Below are positions 47,301 through 62,300 of a stretch of DNA of 64,000 nt, one piece after another. The position numbers and the translations under genes are program-made. The notes beneath the pieces were generated by a model. That model did not search any database. It was not told the DNA's origin and saw nothing but the letters and a program-made list of their open reading frames with translations. Numbering within the stretch: position 1 is the first letter of the stretch; each line of letters begins with the position of its first letter. The stretch lies in assembly GCF_009914755.1 (NCBI RefSeq), contig NC_060933.1. The stretch is one strand, 5' to 3'. Origin of the DNA: the human T2T-CHM13v2.0 reference genome, Homo sapiens.

Positions 47301-50300
47301 CCAAATGTCCACTTGCAGATTCTACAAAAAGAGTGATTCCAAACTGCTCAATCAAAAGAAAGGCTCAACTCTGTGAGACGAATTCACATATCACAAAGAA
47401 GTTTCTCAGAATTCTTCTGTCCAGTTTTTATGTGAAGATATTTACTTTTCCACCATAGGCCTCAAACCGCTCCAAATGTCCACTTGAAGATTCTACAGGA
47501 AGAGTTTCAGAACTGCTCAATCAAAAGAAAGGTTTAACTCTGTGAGTTGAATACACATATCACAAAGAAGTTTCTCAGATTGCTTCTGTCTAGGTTTTAT
47601 GTGAAGGTATTTCCTTTTCTACTGTAGGCCACAGAGTGCACCAAATGTACACTTGCAGGTTGTACAAAAAGAGTGTTTCCAAACTGCTCAATCAAAAGAA
47701 AAGTTCAACTCTGTGAGATGAACACACGTATCACAAAGAAGTTTCTCAGAATTCTTCTGTCTAGTTTTTATGTGAAGATATTTCCTTTTCCACCATAGGC
47801 CTCAAAGGGCTCCAAATGTCCACTTGCAGATTCTGCAAAAAGAGAGTTTCAAAACTCCTCAATCAAAAGAAATGTTTAACTCTGTGAGATGAATGCACAT
47901 GTCACAGAGAAGTTTCTCAGATTGTTTCTGTCTAGACTTTATGTGAAGATATTTCCTTTTCTTCCACAGGCTGCAAAGTGCTCCAACTGTCAACTTGCAG
48001 ATTCTACAAAAAGAGTTTTCCAAACTGTTGAATCAAAAGAAATTTTCAAATCTGTGAGATGAAAGCACACATCACAAAGAAGTTTGTCAGAATTCTTCTG
48101 TCTAGTTTTTATGTGCAGATATTTCCTTTCCACCTTAGGCCTCAAAGCGCTCCAAATGTCCACTTGCAGATTCTAAAAAAGGAGAGTTTCAAAACTCCTC
48201 AATCAAAAGGAAAGTTTAACTCTGTGAGATGAATGCACACATCACAAAGAAGTTTCTCAGATTGCTTCTGTCTAGATGTTATGTGAAGATATTTCCTTTC
48301 TACTATAGGCTGCAAAGCGCTCTAAATTTCCACTTGCAAATTCTAAAAAAAGAGTGTTTCCAAACTGCTCAATCAAAAGAAAGGTTCAACTGTGATCGAT
48401 GAATGCACGCATCACAAAAAAAGTTTCTCCAATTTCTTTAGTCTAGTTTTTATGTGATGATATTTCCTTTTTAATCATAGGACTCAAAGCACTCCAAATG
48501 TCCATTAGCAGACTCTACAAAAAGAGAGTTTCAAAACTGCTCAATCAAGAGAAAGTTTTAACTCTATTAGATGAATGCACACATCACAAAGAAGTTTCTC
48601 AGGTTGCTTCTGTGCAGATTTTATGTGAAGATATTTCCTTTTCTACCACAGGCCACAAAGTGCTCCAAATGTCTACTTGAAGAGTCTACAAAAAGAGTGT
48701 TTCCAAACTGCTCAATCAAAAGAAATGTTGAACTCTGTGAGATGAATGCACGCATCACAAAGAAGTTTCTCAGATTGCTTCTGTCTAGATTTTATGTGAA
48801 GATATTTCCTTTTCTAGCAAAGGCTGCAAAGCACTCCAAATGTCCACTTGCAGATTTTACAAAAAGAGTGTTTTCAAACTGCTCAATCAAAAGAAAGGCT
48901 CAAGTCTGTGAGATGAATGCACACATCACAAAGAATTTTCTCAGAATTCTCCTGTCTAGTTTTTAAGTAAAGATATTTCCTTTCCACCATAGGCCTGAAG
49001 GCGCTCCAAATGTCCATTTGCAGATTCTACAAAAAGAGTGTTTCCAAACTGCTTAATAAAAAGAAAGGTTCAACTCTGTGAGATGAATGCACATATCACA
49101 GTGAAGTTTCTCAGAATTCTTCTGTCTAGTTTTACATGAAGATATTTCCTTTTCCAGCTGAGGCCTCAAAGTGCTCAAATTGTCCACTTGCAGATACTAC
49201 AAAAAGAGAGTTTCAAAACTGCTCAGTCAAAAGAAAGGCTTAACTCTGTGAGATGAATGTACACATCCAAGGAAGTTTCACAGATTGCTTCTTTCTAGAT
49301 TTTATGTGAAGATATTTCCTTTTCTACCATAGGCTGCAAAGCGTTCCAAATACCCACTTGCAGATTCTACAAACAGAGGCTTTCCAAACTGCTCAATAAA
49401 AAGAAAAGTTTAACTCTGTGAGATGAATGTACACATCACAAAGAAGTTTCTCAGAATTCTTCTGTCCAATTTTTATGTGAAGATATTTCCCTTTCCACCA
49501 TAGGCCTCAAAGCGCTCCAAATGTCCACTTGCAGATTCTACAAAAAGAGAGGTTCAAAACTGCTCAATCAAAAGAAAGGTTTAACTCTATGAGATGAATG
49601 CACACATCATAAAGAAGTTTCTCAGATTGCTTCTCTCTAGATTTGATGGGAAGATATTTCCCTTTCTACCATAGGCCCCAAAGTGCTCCAAATGTCTACT
49701 TGCAGATTCTACAAAAAGAGTGTTTCCAAACAGCTCAGTCAAAAGAAAGGCTTAACTCTGTGAGACGAACACACACATCACAAAGAAGTTTCTCAGAATT
49801 CTTCTGTCCAGTTTTTATGTGAAGATATTTACTTTTCCACCATAGGCCTCAAACCGATCCAAATGTCCACTTGAAGATTCTACAGAAAGAGTTTCAGAAC
49901 TGCTCAATAAAAAGTAAGGTTTAACTCTGTGAGTTGAATGCACACATCACAAAGAATTTTCTCAGATTGCTTCTGTCTAGATTTTATGTGAAGGTATTTC
50001 CTTTTCTACTGTAGGCCACAGACCGCCCCAAATGTACACTTGCAGTTTGTACAAAAAGAGTGTTTCCAAACTGCTCAATCAAAAGAAAAGTTCAACTCTG
50101 TGAGATGAACACACATATCACAAAGAAGTTTCTCAGAATTCTTCTGTCTAGTTTTTATGTGAAGATATTTCCTTTTCCACCATAGGCCTCAAAGGGCTCC
50201 AAATGTCCACTTGCAGATTCTGCAAAAAGAGAGTTTCAAAACTCCTCAATCAAAAGAAATGTTTAACTCTGTGAGATGAATGCACACGTCACAGAGAAGT

Positions 50301-53300
50301 TTCTCAGATTGTTTCTGTCTAGATTTTATGTGAAGATATTTACTTTTCTTCCATAGGCTGCAAAGTGCTCCAAATGTCAACTTGCAGATTCTACAAAAAG
50401 AGTGTTTCCAAACTGTTGAATCAAAAGAAATTTTCAAATCTGTGAGATGAAAGCACACATCACAAAGAATTTTGTCAAAATTCTTCTGTCTAGTTTTTAT
50501 GTGCAGATATTTCCTTTCCACCTTAGGCCTCAAAGTGCTCCAAATGTCCACTTGCAGATTCTAAAAAAGGAGAGTTTCAAAACTCCTCAATCAAAAGGAA
50601 GGTTTAACTCTGTGAGATGAATGCACACATCCCAAAGAAGTTTCTCAGATTGCTTCTGTGTAGATTTTATGTGAAGATATTTCCCTTTCTACCGTAGGTC
50701 ACAACGTGCTCCAAATATCCACTTGCAGATTCTACAAATAGAGTGTTTCTAAACTGCTCAATCAAAGGAAAGGTTCAAATCTGTGAGATGAACAAACACA
50801 TCACAAACAAGTTTCTCAGAATGCTTCTGTCTAGTTTTTATGTGAAGATATTTCATTTTCCACCATAGACTCAAGACGCTCGAAATGTCCACTTGCAGAT
50901 TCTACAAAAAGAGTATTTTAAAGCTGGTCCAACAAAAGAAAGGTTCAACTCTGGGAGATGAATGCGCACATCACAAAGAAGTTTCTCAGATTGCTTCTGT
51001 CTAGATTTTATGTGAAGATATTTCGTTTTCTACCACAGGCCACAAAGCACTCGAAATGTCCACTTGCAGATTCTACAAAAAGAGTGTCTCCAAACTGCTC
51101 AATCAAAAGAAAGTTTCAAATCTGTGAGATGAACACATACATCACAAAGAAGTTTCTCAGAATTCTTCTGTCTAGTTTTTATGTGAAGATATTTCCTTTT
51201 CCACATTAGACCTCTAAGCGCTCCAAATGTCCATTTGCAGTTTCTAGAAAAAGAGAGGTTCAAAACTGCTCAATCAAAAGAAATGTTTAACTCTGGGAGA
51301 TGAAGGCACACATCCAAAGACGTTTCTCAGAATGCTTCCATCTAGTTTTTATGTGAAGTTATTTCCTTTCCACCATAGGCCTCAAAGTGCTAAAAATGTC
51401 CGCTTGCAGATTCTACAAAAAGAGTTTCAAAACTGCTCAATCAGAAGAAAGGTTTAACTCTGTGAGATGACTGCACACATCACAAAGAAATTTCTCAGAA
51501 TTCTTTTGTCTACTTTTTATGTGACGATATTTCCTTTTCGACCATAGACGTCAAAGCGCTAAAAATGTCCACTTGCAGATTCTACAAAAAGAGAGTTTCA
51601 AAACTTCTCTATCAGAAGAAAGGCTTAACTGTGTGAGATGAATACACACATCACAAAGAAGTTTCTCAGATTGCTTCTGTCTAGATTGTATGTGAAGGTA
51701 TTTCCTTTTCTACTGTAGGCCTCAAAGCACACAAAATGTCCACTTGCAGTTTCCACAAAAAGAGTGTTTCCAAACTGCTCAATGAAAAGAAAAGTTGAAC
51801 TCTGTGAGATGAAAGCACATATCACAAAGAAGTTTCTCAGAATTCTTCTGTCTAGTTTTTATATGAAGATATTTCCTTTTCCACCTTAGGCATCAAAGCA
51901 TTAAAAATGTCCACTTGCAGATTCTACAAAAAGAGAGTTTCAAAACTCCTCAATAAAAAGAAATGTTTATCTCTGTGAGGTGAATGCACACATCACAGAG
52001 AAGTTTCTCAGATTGTTTCTGTCTAGATTTTATGTGAAGATACTTCATTTTCTTCCATAGGACAAAAAGTGCTCCAGATGTCCATTTGTATATTCAACAA
52101 AAAGAGCGTTTCCAAACTGATGAATCAAAAGAAATTTTCAAATCTGTGAGATGACAGCACACATCACAAAGAAGTTTGTCAGAATTCTTCTGTCTAGTTT
52201 TTATGTGAAGATATTTCCTTTCCACCGTAGGTGTCAAAGCGCTCCAAATGTCTACTTGCAGATTCTACAAAAAGAGAGTTTCAAAACTGCTCAATCAAAA
52301 TGAAGGTTTAACTCTATGGGAAGAATGCACACATCACAAAGAAGTTTCTCAGATTGCTTCTGTCTAGATGTTATGTGAAGATATTTCCTTTTCTACCATA
52401 GGCTGCAAAGCGCTCTAAATGTCCACTTGCAGATTAAAAAAAAAAGTGTTTCCAAACTGCTCAATCAAAAGAAAGGTTCAACTCTGAGCGATGAATGCAC
52501 ACATTACAAAGAAGTTTCTCCAAATTCTTCAGTCTAGTTTTTGTGTGATGATATTTCCTTTTTAATCATAAGACTCAAAGCACTCCAAATGTCCACTAGC
52601 AGATTCTACAAAAAGAGAGTTTCAAAATTGCTCAATCAAGATAAAGTTTTAACTCTATGAGATGAATGCACACATCACAAAGAAGCTTCTCAGATTGCTT
52701 CTGTCCAGATTTTATGTGAAGATATTTCCTTTTCTACCAGAGGCTGCAAAGTTCTCCAAATGTCTACTTGCAGATTCTACAAAAAGAGTGTTTCCAAACT
52801 GCTCAATCAAAAGAAATGTTGAACTCTGTGAGATGAATGCACGCATCACAAAGAAGTTTCTCAGATTGCTTCTGTCTAGATTTTATGTGAAGATATTTCC
52901 TTTTCTAACATAGGCCACTAAGCACTCCAAATGTCCACTTGCAGATTCTACAAAAAAGAGTGTTTCCAAACTGCTCAATCAAAAGAAAGGTTTAACTCTG
53001 TCAGTTGAGTGCACACATCACAAAGTAATTTCTCAGAATTCTTCTGTCTGTTTTTTATGGGAAGATATTTCCTTTTCCACCATAGGTGTCAAAGCGCCCC
53101 AAATGTCCACTTGCAGATCCTACAAAAAGAGAGTTTCAAAACTGCTCAATGAACAGAAACGTTAAACTCTGAGAGACAAATGCACACATGACAAAGAAGT
53201 TTCTCAGAATTCTTCTGTCTAGTTTTTATGTGAAGATATTTCCTTTTCTACCATAGGCAGCAAAGCACACCAAATTTCCACTTGCAGATTCTGCAAAAAC

Positions 53301-56300
53301 AGTGTTTCCATCCCGGTCAATCAAAAGAGACATTCAACTCTGTGCAAAGAAGGCACCCATCACAAAGAAGTTTCTCAGAATTCTTCTGTCTAATTTTTAT
53401 GTGAAGATATTTAATTTTCCACCATAGGCCTCAAAGTACTCAAAATGTCCACTTGCAGATACTACAAAAAGAGTATTTCAAGGCTGCTCCATCAAAAGAA
53501 ATATTCAACTCTGGGAGATGAATGCACACATCACAAAGAAGTTTCTCAGAATGCTTCCATCTAGTTTTTATTTGAAGATAATTCCGTTTCCACCATAGGC
53601 CTCAAAGCACTACAAATGTCCACTTGTAGACTCTACAAAAAGAGAGTCTCAAAACTGCTCAATCAAGAGAAAGAGTTAACACTGTGAGATGAATGCACAC
53701 ATCACAAAGAAGTTTCTCAGATTGCTTCTGTCTAGATTTTATGTGAAGATATTTGCTTTTCTTCCATTGGTTGCAAAGCGCTGCAAATCTCCACTTGCAT
53801 ATTCTACAAAAAGAGTGTTTCCAGACTGCTGAATCAAAAGAAAGGTTCAACTCTGTGAGATGAATGCACACATCACAAGGACGTTTCTCAGAATTCTTCT
53901 GTCTAGTTTTTATATGAAGATATTTCCTTTTTTACCATAGGTCTCAAAGCGCTACAAATGTCCACTTGTAGATTATACAAAAAGAGAGCTTCAACACTGC
54001 TCTATCAAAAGAAACGTTTAACTCTGTGAGATGAATGCACACATCACAAAGAGATTTCTCAGACTGCTTCTGTCTAGATATTATTTGAAGATATTTCCTT
54101 TTCTACTGTAGGCCACAAAGAGCTCCAATTTCCACTTGTAGATTGTACAAAAAGTGTGTTTCCAAACTGCTCAATCCAAAGAAAGATTCAACTCTGTGAG
54201 ATGAGCACATGCATCACAAAGAAGTTTCTCAGAAATCTTCTGTCTAGTTTTTAAGTGAAGATATTTCGTTGTCCAACATAGACCTCAGAACGCTCCAAAT
54301 GTCCACTTGCGGATACTCCAAAAGGAGTGTTTCAAAACTGTTCAATCGAAAGAAAGTTTTACCTCTGTGAGATGAATGTACGTATCAGAAAGAAGTTTCA
54401 CAGATTGCTTTTGTCTAGATTTTATGTGAAGATATTTCCTTATCTACCATAGGCCACAAAGTACTCCAAATGTCCTCTTGCAGATTCTACAAAAAGAGTG
54501 TTTCCAAACTGCTTAATCAAAAGAAAGGTTCAACTGTGTGAGATGAATGCACACATCACAAAGAAGTTTGTCAGAATTCTTCTGTCTAGTTTTCATGTGA
54601 AGATATTAACTTTTTCACCATAGGCCACAAATTGATCCAAATGTCCACTTGCAGATTCTACAACAAGAGAGTTTCAAAACTCCTCTATCAAAAGAAAGGT
54701 TTAATACAGTGAGGTGAATGCACATATCATAAAGAAGTTTCTGAGATTGCTTCTGTCTAGATATTATGTGAAGATATTTCGTTCTCTACCATAGGCTTCA
54801 AAGCGCTCCAAATGTCCACTGACAGATTCTACAAAAGGAGTATTTCCAAACTGCTCAAAGAAAGTTTCAACTATGAGATGAATGCACACATCACAAAGAT
54901 GTTGTTCAGAATTCTTCTGTCTAGTTTTTATGTGAAGATATTGCCTTTTCCACCACAGGCCTCAAACTGCTCCAAATGTCCACTTCCAGATCCTACAAAA
55001 AAAGAGTTTCAAAACTGCTCAATCAAAAGAAAGATTTAACGCTGTGAGATGAATGCACATATAAGATAGAAGTTTCTCAGATTGCTTTTGTCTAGATTTT
55101 ATGTGAAGATATTTCCTTTTCTACCTTAGGCCGCAAAGCGCTCCAAATGTCCACTTGCAGATTCTACAAAAAGAGTGTTTCCAAACTGCTCAATCAAAAG
55201 AAAGGTTCAACTCTGTGAGATGAATGCACACATCACAAAGAAGTTTCTCAGAATTCTTCTTTCTAGTTTCTATGTGAAGATATTTCCTTTTCCACCATAG
55301 GCCTCAAAGCGCTCCAAATGTAAACTTGCAGAATCTACAAAGGAAGCGTTTCAAAACTGCCAATCAAAAGAAACTTTTAACTCTGTGAGATGAATGCACA
55401 CATCACAAAGAAGTTTCTCAGATTGCTTCTGTCTATTTTTTATGTAGAGCTATTTCCTTTTCTACCATAGGCCCCAAAATGCTCCAAATGTCCACTTGCA
55501 GATTTTACAAAAAGAGTGTTTCCAAACTGCTAAATCAAAAGAAAGGTTCAATTCTGTGAGATGAATGCACACATCACAAAAAGTTTCACAGAATTCTTCT
55601 GTCTAGTTTTTATGGGAAGAAATTACCTTTCCCACCATTGGCCTCAAAGCGCTCCAAATGTCCACTTGCAGATTCTACAAAGAGAATTTCAAAACTACTC
55701 AAAAGAAAGATTTCACTCTGTGAGACGAATGCACATATCACAAAGAAGTTCTCAGGTTGCTTCTCTTGAGCTTTTATGTGAAGTTATTTCCTTTTCTACC
55801 ATTGACCGCAAAGTGCTCCAAATGTCCAACTGCAGATTCTACTAAGAGTGTTTCCAAACTGCTCAATCAAAAGAAAGATTCAACTCTGTGAGATGAACCT
55901 GCACATTCCAAAGAAGTTTCTCAGAGTTCTTCTGTCTAGTTTTTATGTGAAAATATTTCCTTTTCCACCGTAGGCCTCAAAGCACTAAAAATGTGCATTT
56001 GTAGATTCTATAAAAAGAGAGTTTCAAAACTGATCAATGAAAAGAAAGGTTTCCTCTTTGAGATGAATGCACATATAACAAAAAATTTATCAGATTGCTT
56101 CTGTCTAGATTTTATGTGAAGATGTTTCCTTTTCTACCATAAGCCACAAAGCGCTCCAAATGTCCACTTGCAGATTCTTGAAAAAGAGTGTTTCCAACAG
56201 CTCAATCAAAAGAAAAGTTCAACTCTGTGAGATGAATGAACACATCACAAACAATTTCTCAGAATGCTTCTGTCTAGTTTTTATTTGAACATATTTCCTT

Positions 56301-59300
56301 TTCCACAATAATCCTGAAAGCGCTCCAAACATCCAATTGCAGATTCTACAAAAAGAGTGTTTCAAAACTGCTCATCAAAAGAAAGGTTCAACTCTGTGAG
56401 ATTAATGCACACATCACAAAGAAATTTCTCAGAATTCTTCTGTCTAGCTTTAATGTGAAGATATTTTCTATTCCCCAATAGGCCCCACAACAGGCCTCGA
56501 AGCCCTCCAAATATCCACCTGCAGACTCCACAAAAAGAGTGCTTCCAACTGCTCAATCAAAAGAAAGGTTCAACTCTGTGAGATGAATGCACACATCACA
56601 AAGAGGTTTCTCAGAATTCTTCTGTCTAGTTTTCATGTGAAGATATTTCCTCTTCCACTACAGGTCTCAAAGTGCCCCAAATGTCCACTTTCAGATTCTA
56701 GAAAAAGAGAGTTTCAAAACTGTTGAATCAGAAGAGAGGTTTAACTCTGTGAGATGAATGCGCACATCACAAAAGTAGTTTCTCAGATTGCTTCTTTCTA
56801 GATTTTATGTGAAGATATTTCTTTTTCTACCATAGGCTGCAAAGCGTTCCAAATGTCCACTTGCAGATTCTACAAAACGAGTGTTTCCAAACTGCTCAAT
56901 TAAAAGAATGATTCAACTCTGTGAGATGAACACACACATCACAAAGTTTCTGAGCATTCTTCTGTCTAGTTTTTATGTGAAGTTATTTCCTTTTCCACCA
57001 TAGGCCTCTATGCACTCCAAATGTCCACTTGCAGATTCTTGAAAAAGAGAGTTTCAAAACTGCTCAATCAAAAAAAGGTTTAACTCTGTGAGATGAATGC
57101 ACACATAACAGAAATGTTTCTCAGATTGCTTCTGTCTAGATTTTATATGAAGATATTTACTTTTCTACCATAGGCCGCAAAGCACACATAATGTCCACTT
57201 TCAGATACTCCAAAAAGAGTGTTTCCAAACTTCTCAATGAAAAGAAAGTTTCAACTCTGAGAGACGAACGCTCACATCACAAAGAAGTTTCACAGAATTC
57301 TTCAGTGTAGTTTTTATGTGAAGATATTTCCTTTTCCATCACAGGTCTCAAAGCGCTCCAAATGTCCACTTGCAGATGCTACAAAAAGAGAGTTTCAAAA
57401 CTCCTAAATCAAAAGAAAGGTTTTACTCTGTGAGATGAATGCCCACATCATAAAGAAGTTTCTCAGATTAGTTCTATCGAGATTTTATATGAAGATATTT
57501 CCTTTTCTACCATAGGCAGCAAATCGCTCCAAATGTCCACTTGCAGATTATACAAAAAGAGTGTTTCCAAACTGCTCAATAAGAAGAAAGGTTCAACTCT
57601 GTGAGATGAATGAGCACATGAGAAAGACGTTTCTCAAAATTCTTCTGTCTAGTTCTTATGTGAAGATACTTATTCTTCCACCATAGGCCGCAAAATGCTC
57701 TAAATGTCCACTTGCAGATTCTACAAAAAGAGTATTTCCAAGTTGCTCAATCAAAAGAAAGGTTTAACTCTGTGGGAGGAACACACACATCACAAAGAAG
57801 TTTCTCAGAATTCTTCTGTGTAGTTTTTATGTGAAGATATTACCTTTTCCACCATAGGCCTCAAATCGCTCCAAATGTCCACTTGCAGATTCTACAAAAA
57901 GAGAGTTTCAAAACTGCTCAATAAAAAGAATGGTTTAACTCTGAGATATATGCACACACCACAAAGAAGTTTCTCAGATTGCTTCTGTCTAGATTTTATG
58001 TGAAGATATTTCCTTTCCTACCATAGGCTGCAAAGCCCTCCAAATGTCCACTGGCAGGTTGTACAAAAAGAGTGTTTCCAAACTGCTCAATCAAAAGAAA
58101 GGTTCAACTCTCTGAGATGAACGCACGCATCACAAAGAAGTTTCTTAGAATTCTTCTGTCTAGTTTTTATGCGAAGATATTTCCTTTTCCAAAATAGGCC
58201 TGAAAGCGCTCCAAATGTGCACTTGCAGATTCTACAAAAAGACAGTTTCAAAACTGCTTAATCAAAAGAAAGGTTTATCTCTCTGAGCTGAGTGCACACA
58301 TCGCAAAAAATTTCTGATTGCTTCTGTCTATATTTTATGTGAAGATGTTACCTTTTCTACCATAGGCTACAAAGCACTCCAAATGTCCACTTGCAGATTC
58401 TACAAAAAGAGTGTTTCCAACAGCTCAATCAAAAGAAATGTTCACCTCTGTGAGATGAATGAACACATCTCAAGCAAGTTTCTCAGAATGCTTCTGTTTA
58501 GTTTTTATTTGAAGATATTTCCTTTTCCACAATAGTCCTGAAAGCGCTCCAAACATCCACTTGCAGATTGTACAAAAAGAGTGTTCCAAAACTGCTCAAT
58601 CAAAGAAAGGTTCAACTCTCTGAGATTAATGCACACATAACAAAGAAGATTCTCAGAATGTTTCTATCTAGTTTTAATGTGAAGATATTTCCTATTCCAC
58701 AATAGGCCCCACAATAGGCATCAAAGCCCTCCAAATATCCTCCTGCAGATTCCACAAAAAGGATGTTTCAAAACTGCCCAATCAAAAGTAAGTTTCAACT
58801 GTGTGAGATGAATGCACATATCACAAAGAAGGTTGTCAGAATGCTTTGGTCTAGTTTTTATCTGAAGATATCTCCTTTTCCACCATAGTCCTAAAAGTGC
58901 TCCAAATGTCCACTAGCACATTGTACAAAAAGAGCATTTCCAAACTGCTCAATGAAAAGAAAGGCTCAGCTCTGTGAGATGAATGCACAGATCACAAAGA
59001 AATTTGACAGAATGCTTCTGTTTAGTTTTTATGTGAAGATGTTTTCTTTTCCACCAGAGGCCTCAAAGCGCTCCCAATGTCCACTTGCAGATTTTATGAA
59101 AGGAGTGTTTCAAAGCTACTCCAACAACAGAAAGGTTCAACTCTGTGAGTTGAATGCACACATCACAAAGAAGTTTCTGAGAATGCTTCTGTCTAGTTAT
59201 TATGTGAAGATATTTCGTTATCCACCATAGACCTCAAAGCACTCCAGATGTCCACTTGCAGATTCTGCAAAAAGAGTGTTTCAAAACTGCTCAACTGAAA

Positions 59301-62300
59301 GTAAAATTCAACTCTGTGAGATGAATTCACACTTCACAAAGAAACATCTCGGAATGCTTCTGTCTAGTTCTTATGTGAAGATATTTCTATTTCCACCATA
59401 GGCCTCAAAGCGCCCCAAAAGTCCACTTGCAGATTCTACAAAAAGAGATTTTCAGAATTGCTCAGTGAAAAGAAAAAGTTAACTCTGTGAGATGAATGCA
59501 CATATCACAAAGAAGTTTTTCAGACTGCTTCAGTCTAGATGCTATATGAAGATATTTCCTTTTCTACCTTAGACAGCAAAGCGCTCCAAATGTCCAATTG
59601 CAGATTATACAAAAACAGTGTTTCAAAACTGTTCAATCAAAAGAAAGGTTCAACACTGTGAGATGAACGCACACATCACAATGATGTTTCTCAGAAATCT
59701 TCTGTCTAGTTTTTATGTGAAGATATTTCCTTTTACACCATAGGCCTCAAAGTGCTAAAAATGTCAACTTGCGTTTTCTACAAAAACAGAGTTTCAAAAC
59801 TGCACAATCAGAAGAAAGGTTTAACTCTGTGAGATGAATAGACACATCACAAAAAGTTTCTCAGATTCCTTCTGTCTAGATTTTATGTGAAGATATTTTC
59901 TTTACTGCCATAGGCTGCAAAGCGCTCCAAAGATCCGCTAGCAGAATCATCAAAAAGATTGTTTCCAAAATGCTAAATAAAAGAAAGTTTCAACTCTGTG
60001 AGATGACCGCATAAATCACAAAGAAGTTTCTCAGAATTCTTCTGTCTAGTTATTATGTTAAGATATTCTCTTTTCCAGGATAGGCCTCAAACCGCTCCAA
60101 AGGTCTACTTGCAGCTTCTACAAATGAGAGTTTCAAAACTGCTCAATCCAAAGAAAGGTTTAACATGGTGAGATAAATGCACACATCACAAAGAAGTTTC
60201 TCAGATTCCTTCTGTCTAGATTTTATGTGAGGATATTTCCTATTCTACCATAGCATGCAAAGCGCTTTAAATGTCCACTTGCAGATTCTTCAAAAAGAGT
60301 ATTTCAAAACTGGTCCTTCAAAGGAAAGATTCAACTCTGGGAGGTGAATGCACACATCACAAAGAAGTTTCTCAGAATGCTTCTATCTAGTTTTTATATG
60401 AAGATATTACCTTTTCCACATTGGCCTCAAAGTGCTCAAAATGTCCACTTGCAGATTCTACAAAAAGAGTGTTTCCAAACTGCTCAATCAAAAGAAAGGT
60501 TCAACTCTATGAGATGAACACACACATCACAAATAAGTTTGTCATAATGCTTCTGTCTAGATTTTATGTGAAGATATTTAATTTTCCATAATAGGCCTCA
60601 AAGTGCTCCAATGTCCACTTGCAGATTCTACAAAAAGAGTGTTTCAAAGCTGCTCAATCAAAAGAAAGTTACAACTCTGTGAGATGAATGCACACATCAC
60701 AAAGAAGCTTGTCAGGATGCATCTGTCTAATTTTTATGTGAAATTATTCCCTTTTCCACCATAGGCCTCAAAGTGCTCCAAATGTCCACTTGCAGATTCT
60801 ACAAAAAGCGTGTTTCAAAGCTGCTCAATCAAAAGAAAGTTTCAAGTCTGGGAGATGAATGCACACATCACAAGGAAGTTTGTGAGAATGCTTCTGTCTA
60901 GTTTTCATGTGAAGATCTTTCCTTTTCCACCAGAGACCTCAAGGCGCTCCAAATGTCCACTTGCAGATTCTACAAAAAGAGAGATGCAAGACTGCTCAAT
61001 GAAAAGTAACGTTCAATTCTGTGAGGTGAATGCACACATCACAAAGAAGATTCTCAGAATTTTTCTGTCTAGTTTTTATGTGAAGATGTTTCATTTTCCA
61101 CCATAGACCCCAAGACGCTCAAATGGTTCACTTGCAGATTCTACAAAAAGATTGTTTCAAAGCTGCTCAAACAAAGGAAAGGTTCAACTCTCTGAGATGA
61201 ATGCACATGTCACAAAGAAGTTTTTCAAAAAGCTTCTGTCTTGTTTTGATGTGAAGATATTTTCTTTTCCACCATAGGCCTCAAAGTGCTGCAAATGTCC
61301 ACTTCCAGATTCTACAGAAAGAGTGTTTCAAAGCTGCTCAATGAAAAGTAAGGTTCAACTCTGTGAGATGAATGCACACATCACAAAGAAGTTTGTCAGA
61401 ATGCTTCTGTCTAGTTTTTATGTGAAGATATTTCCTTTTCCACCATAGGCCTCAAAGGGCTCCAAATGTCCACTTGCACATTCTACAAAAAGAGTGTTTC
61501 AAAGCTGCTCAATGAATAGTAAGGTTCAACTCTATGAGATGAATGCACAAATCACAAAGAAGTCTGTCAGAATGCTTCTGTCTAGGTTTTATGTGAAGAT
61601 ATTTCCTTTTCCATGATAGGCCCCAAAGCACTCCACAGGTCCAGTTGCAGATTCTACAAAAAGAGTGTTTCAAAGCTGCTCAATCAAAAGAAACGTTCAT
61701 CTCTGTGACATGAATGCACACATCACAATGAAATTTATCAGAATGCTTCTGTCTAGTTTTTTTGTGAAAATATTTCCTTTTCCACCATAGGCCTCAAAGT
61801 GCTCCAAATGTCCACTTGTAGATTCTACAAACAGAGTGTTTAAAAACTGCTAAATGAAAAGAAAGATTCAACTCTGTGAGATGAATACACACATCACGAA
61901 GAAGTTTGTCAGAATGCTTCTGTCTAGTTTTTATATGATGATATGTCCTTTTCCACAATAGGCCAGAAAGTGCTCCAAATGTCCACTTGCAGATTCAACA
62001 AAAAGAGTGTTTCAAAGCTGCTCAATGTAAAGAAAGGTTCAACACTGTGAGCTGAATGCCCACATCTCAAAGAAGTTTGTAAGAATGCTTCTGTCTAGTT
62101 TTTATGTGAACATATTTCCTTTTCCACCATAGGCCTCAAAGGGCTCCACATGTCCTCTTGCAGATTCTACAAAAAGAGGGTTTCAAAGCTGCTCAATTAA
62201 AAGAACAGTTCAACTCTGTGTGAGATGAATGCAAACATCACAAAGAAGTTTCTCATAATGCTTCTGTCTAGTTTTGTTGGGAAGATATTTCCTTTTCCAC

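Noticed and set aside
53578-53600. attccgtttccaccatagg as a CENP-B box (also ~54263)
   Set aside because: Lacks the required cgaa half of the motif; no complete box was seen, so this is not an active centromere array.
44750-61106. MNAHITKKFLR-type ORFs
   Set aside because: Translations of 171-bp (57-codon) alpha monomers.
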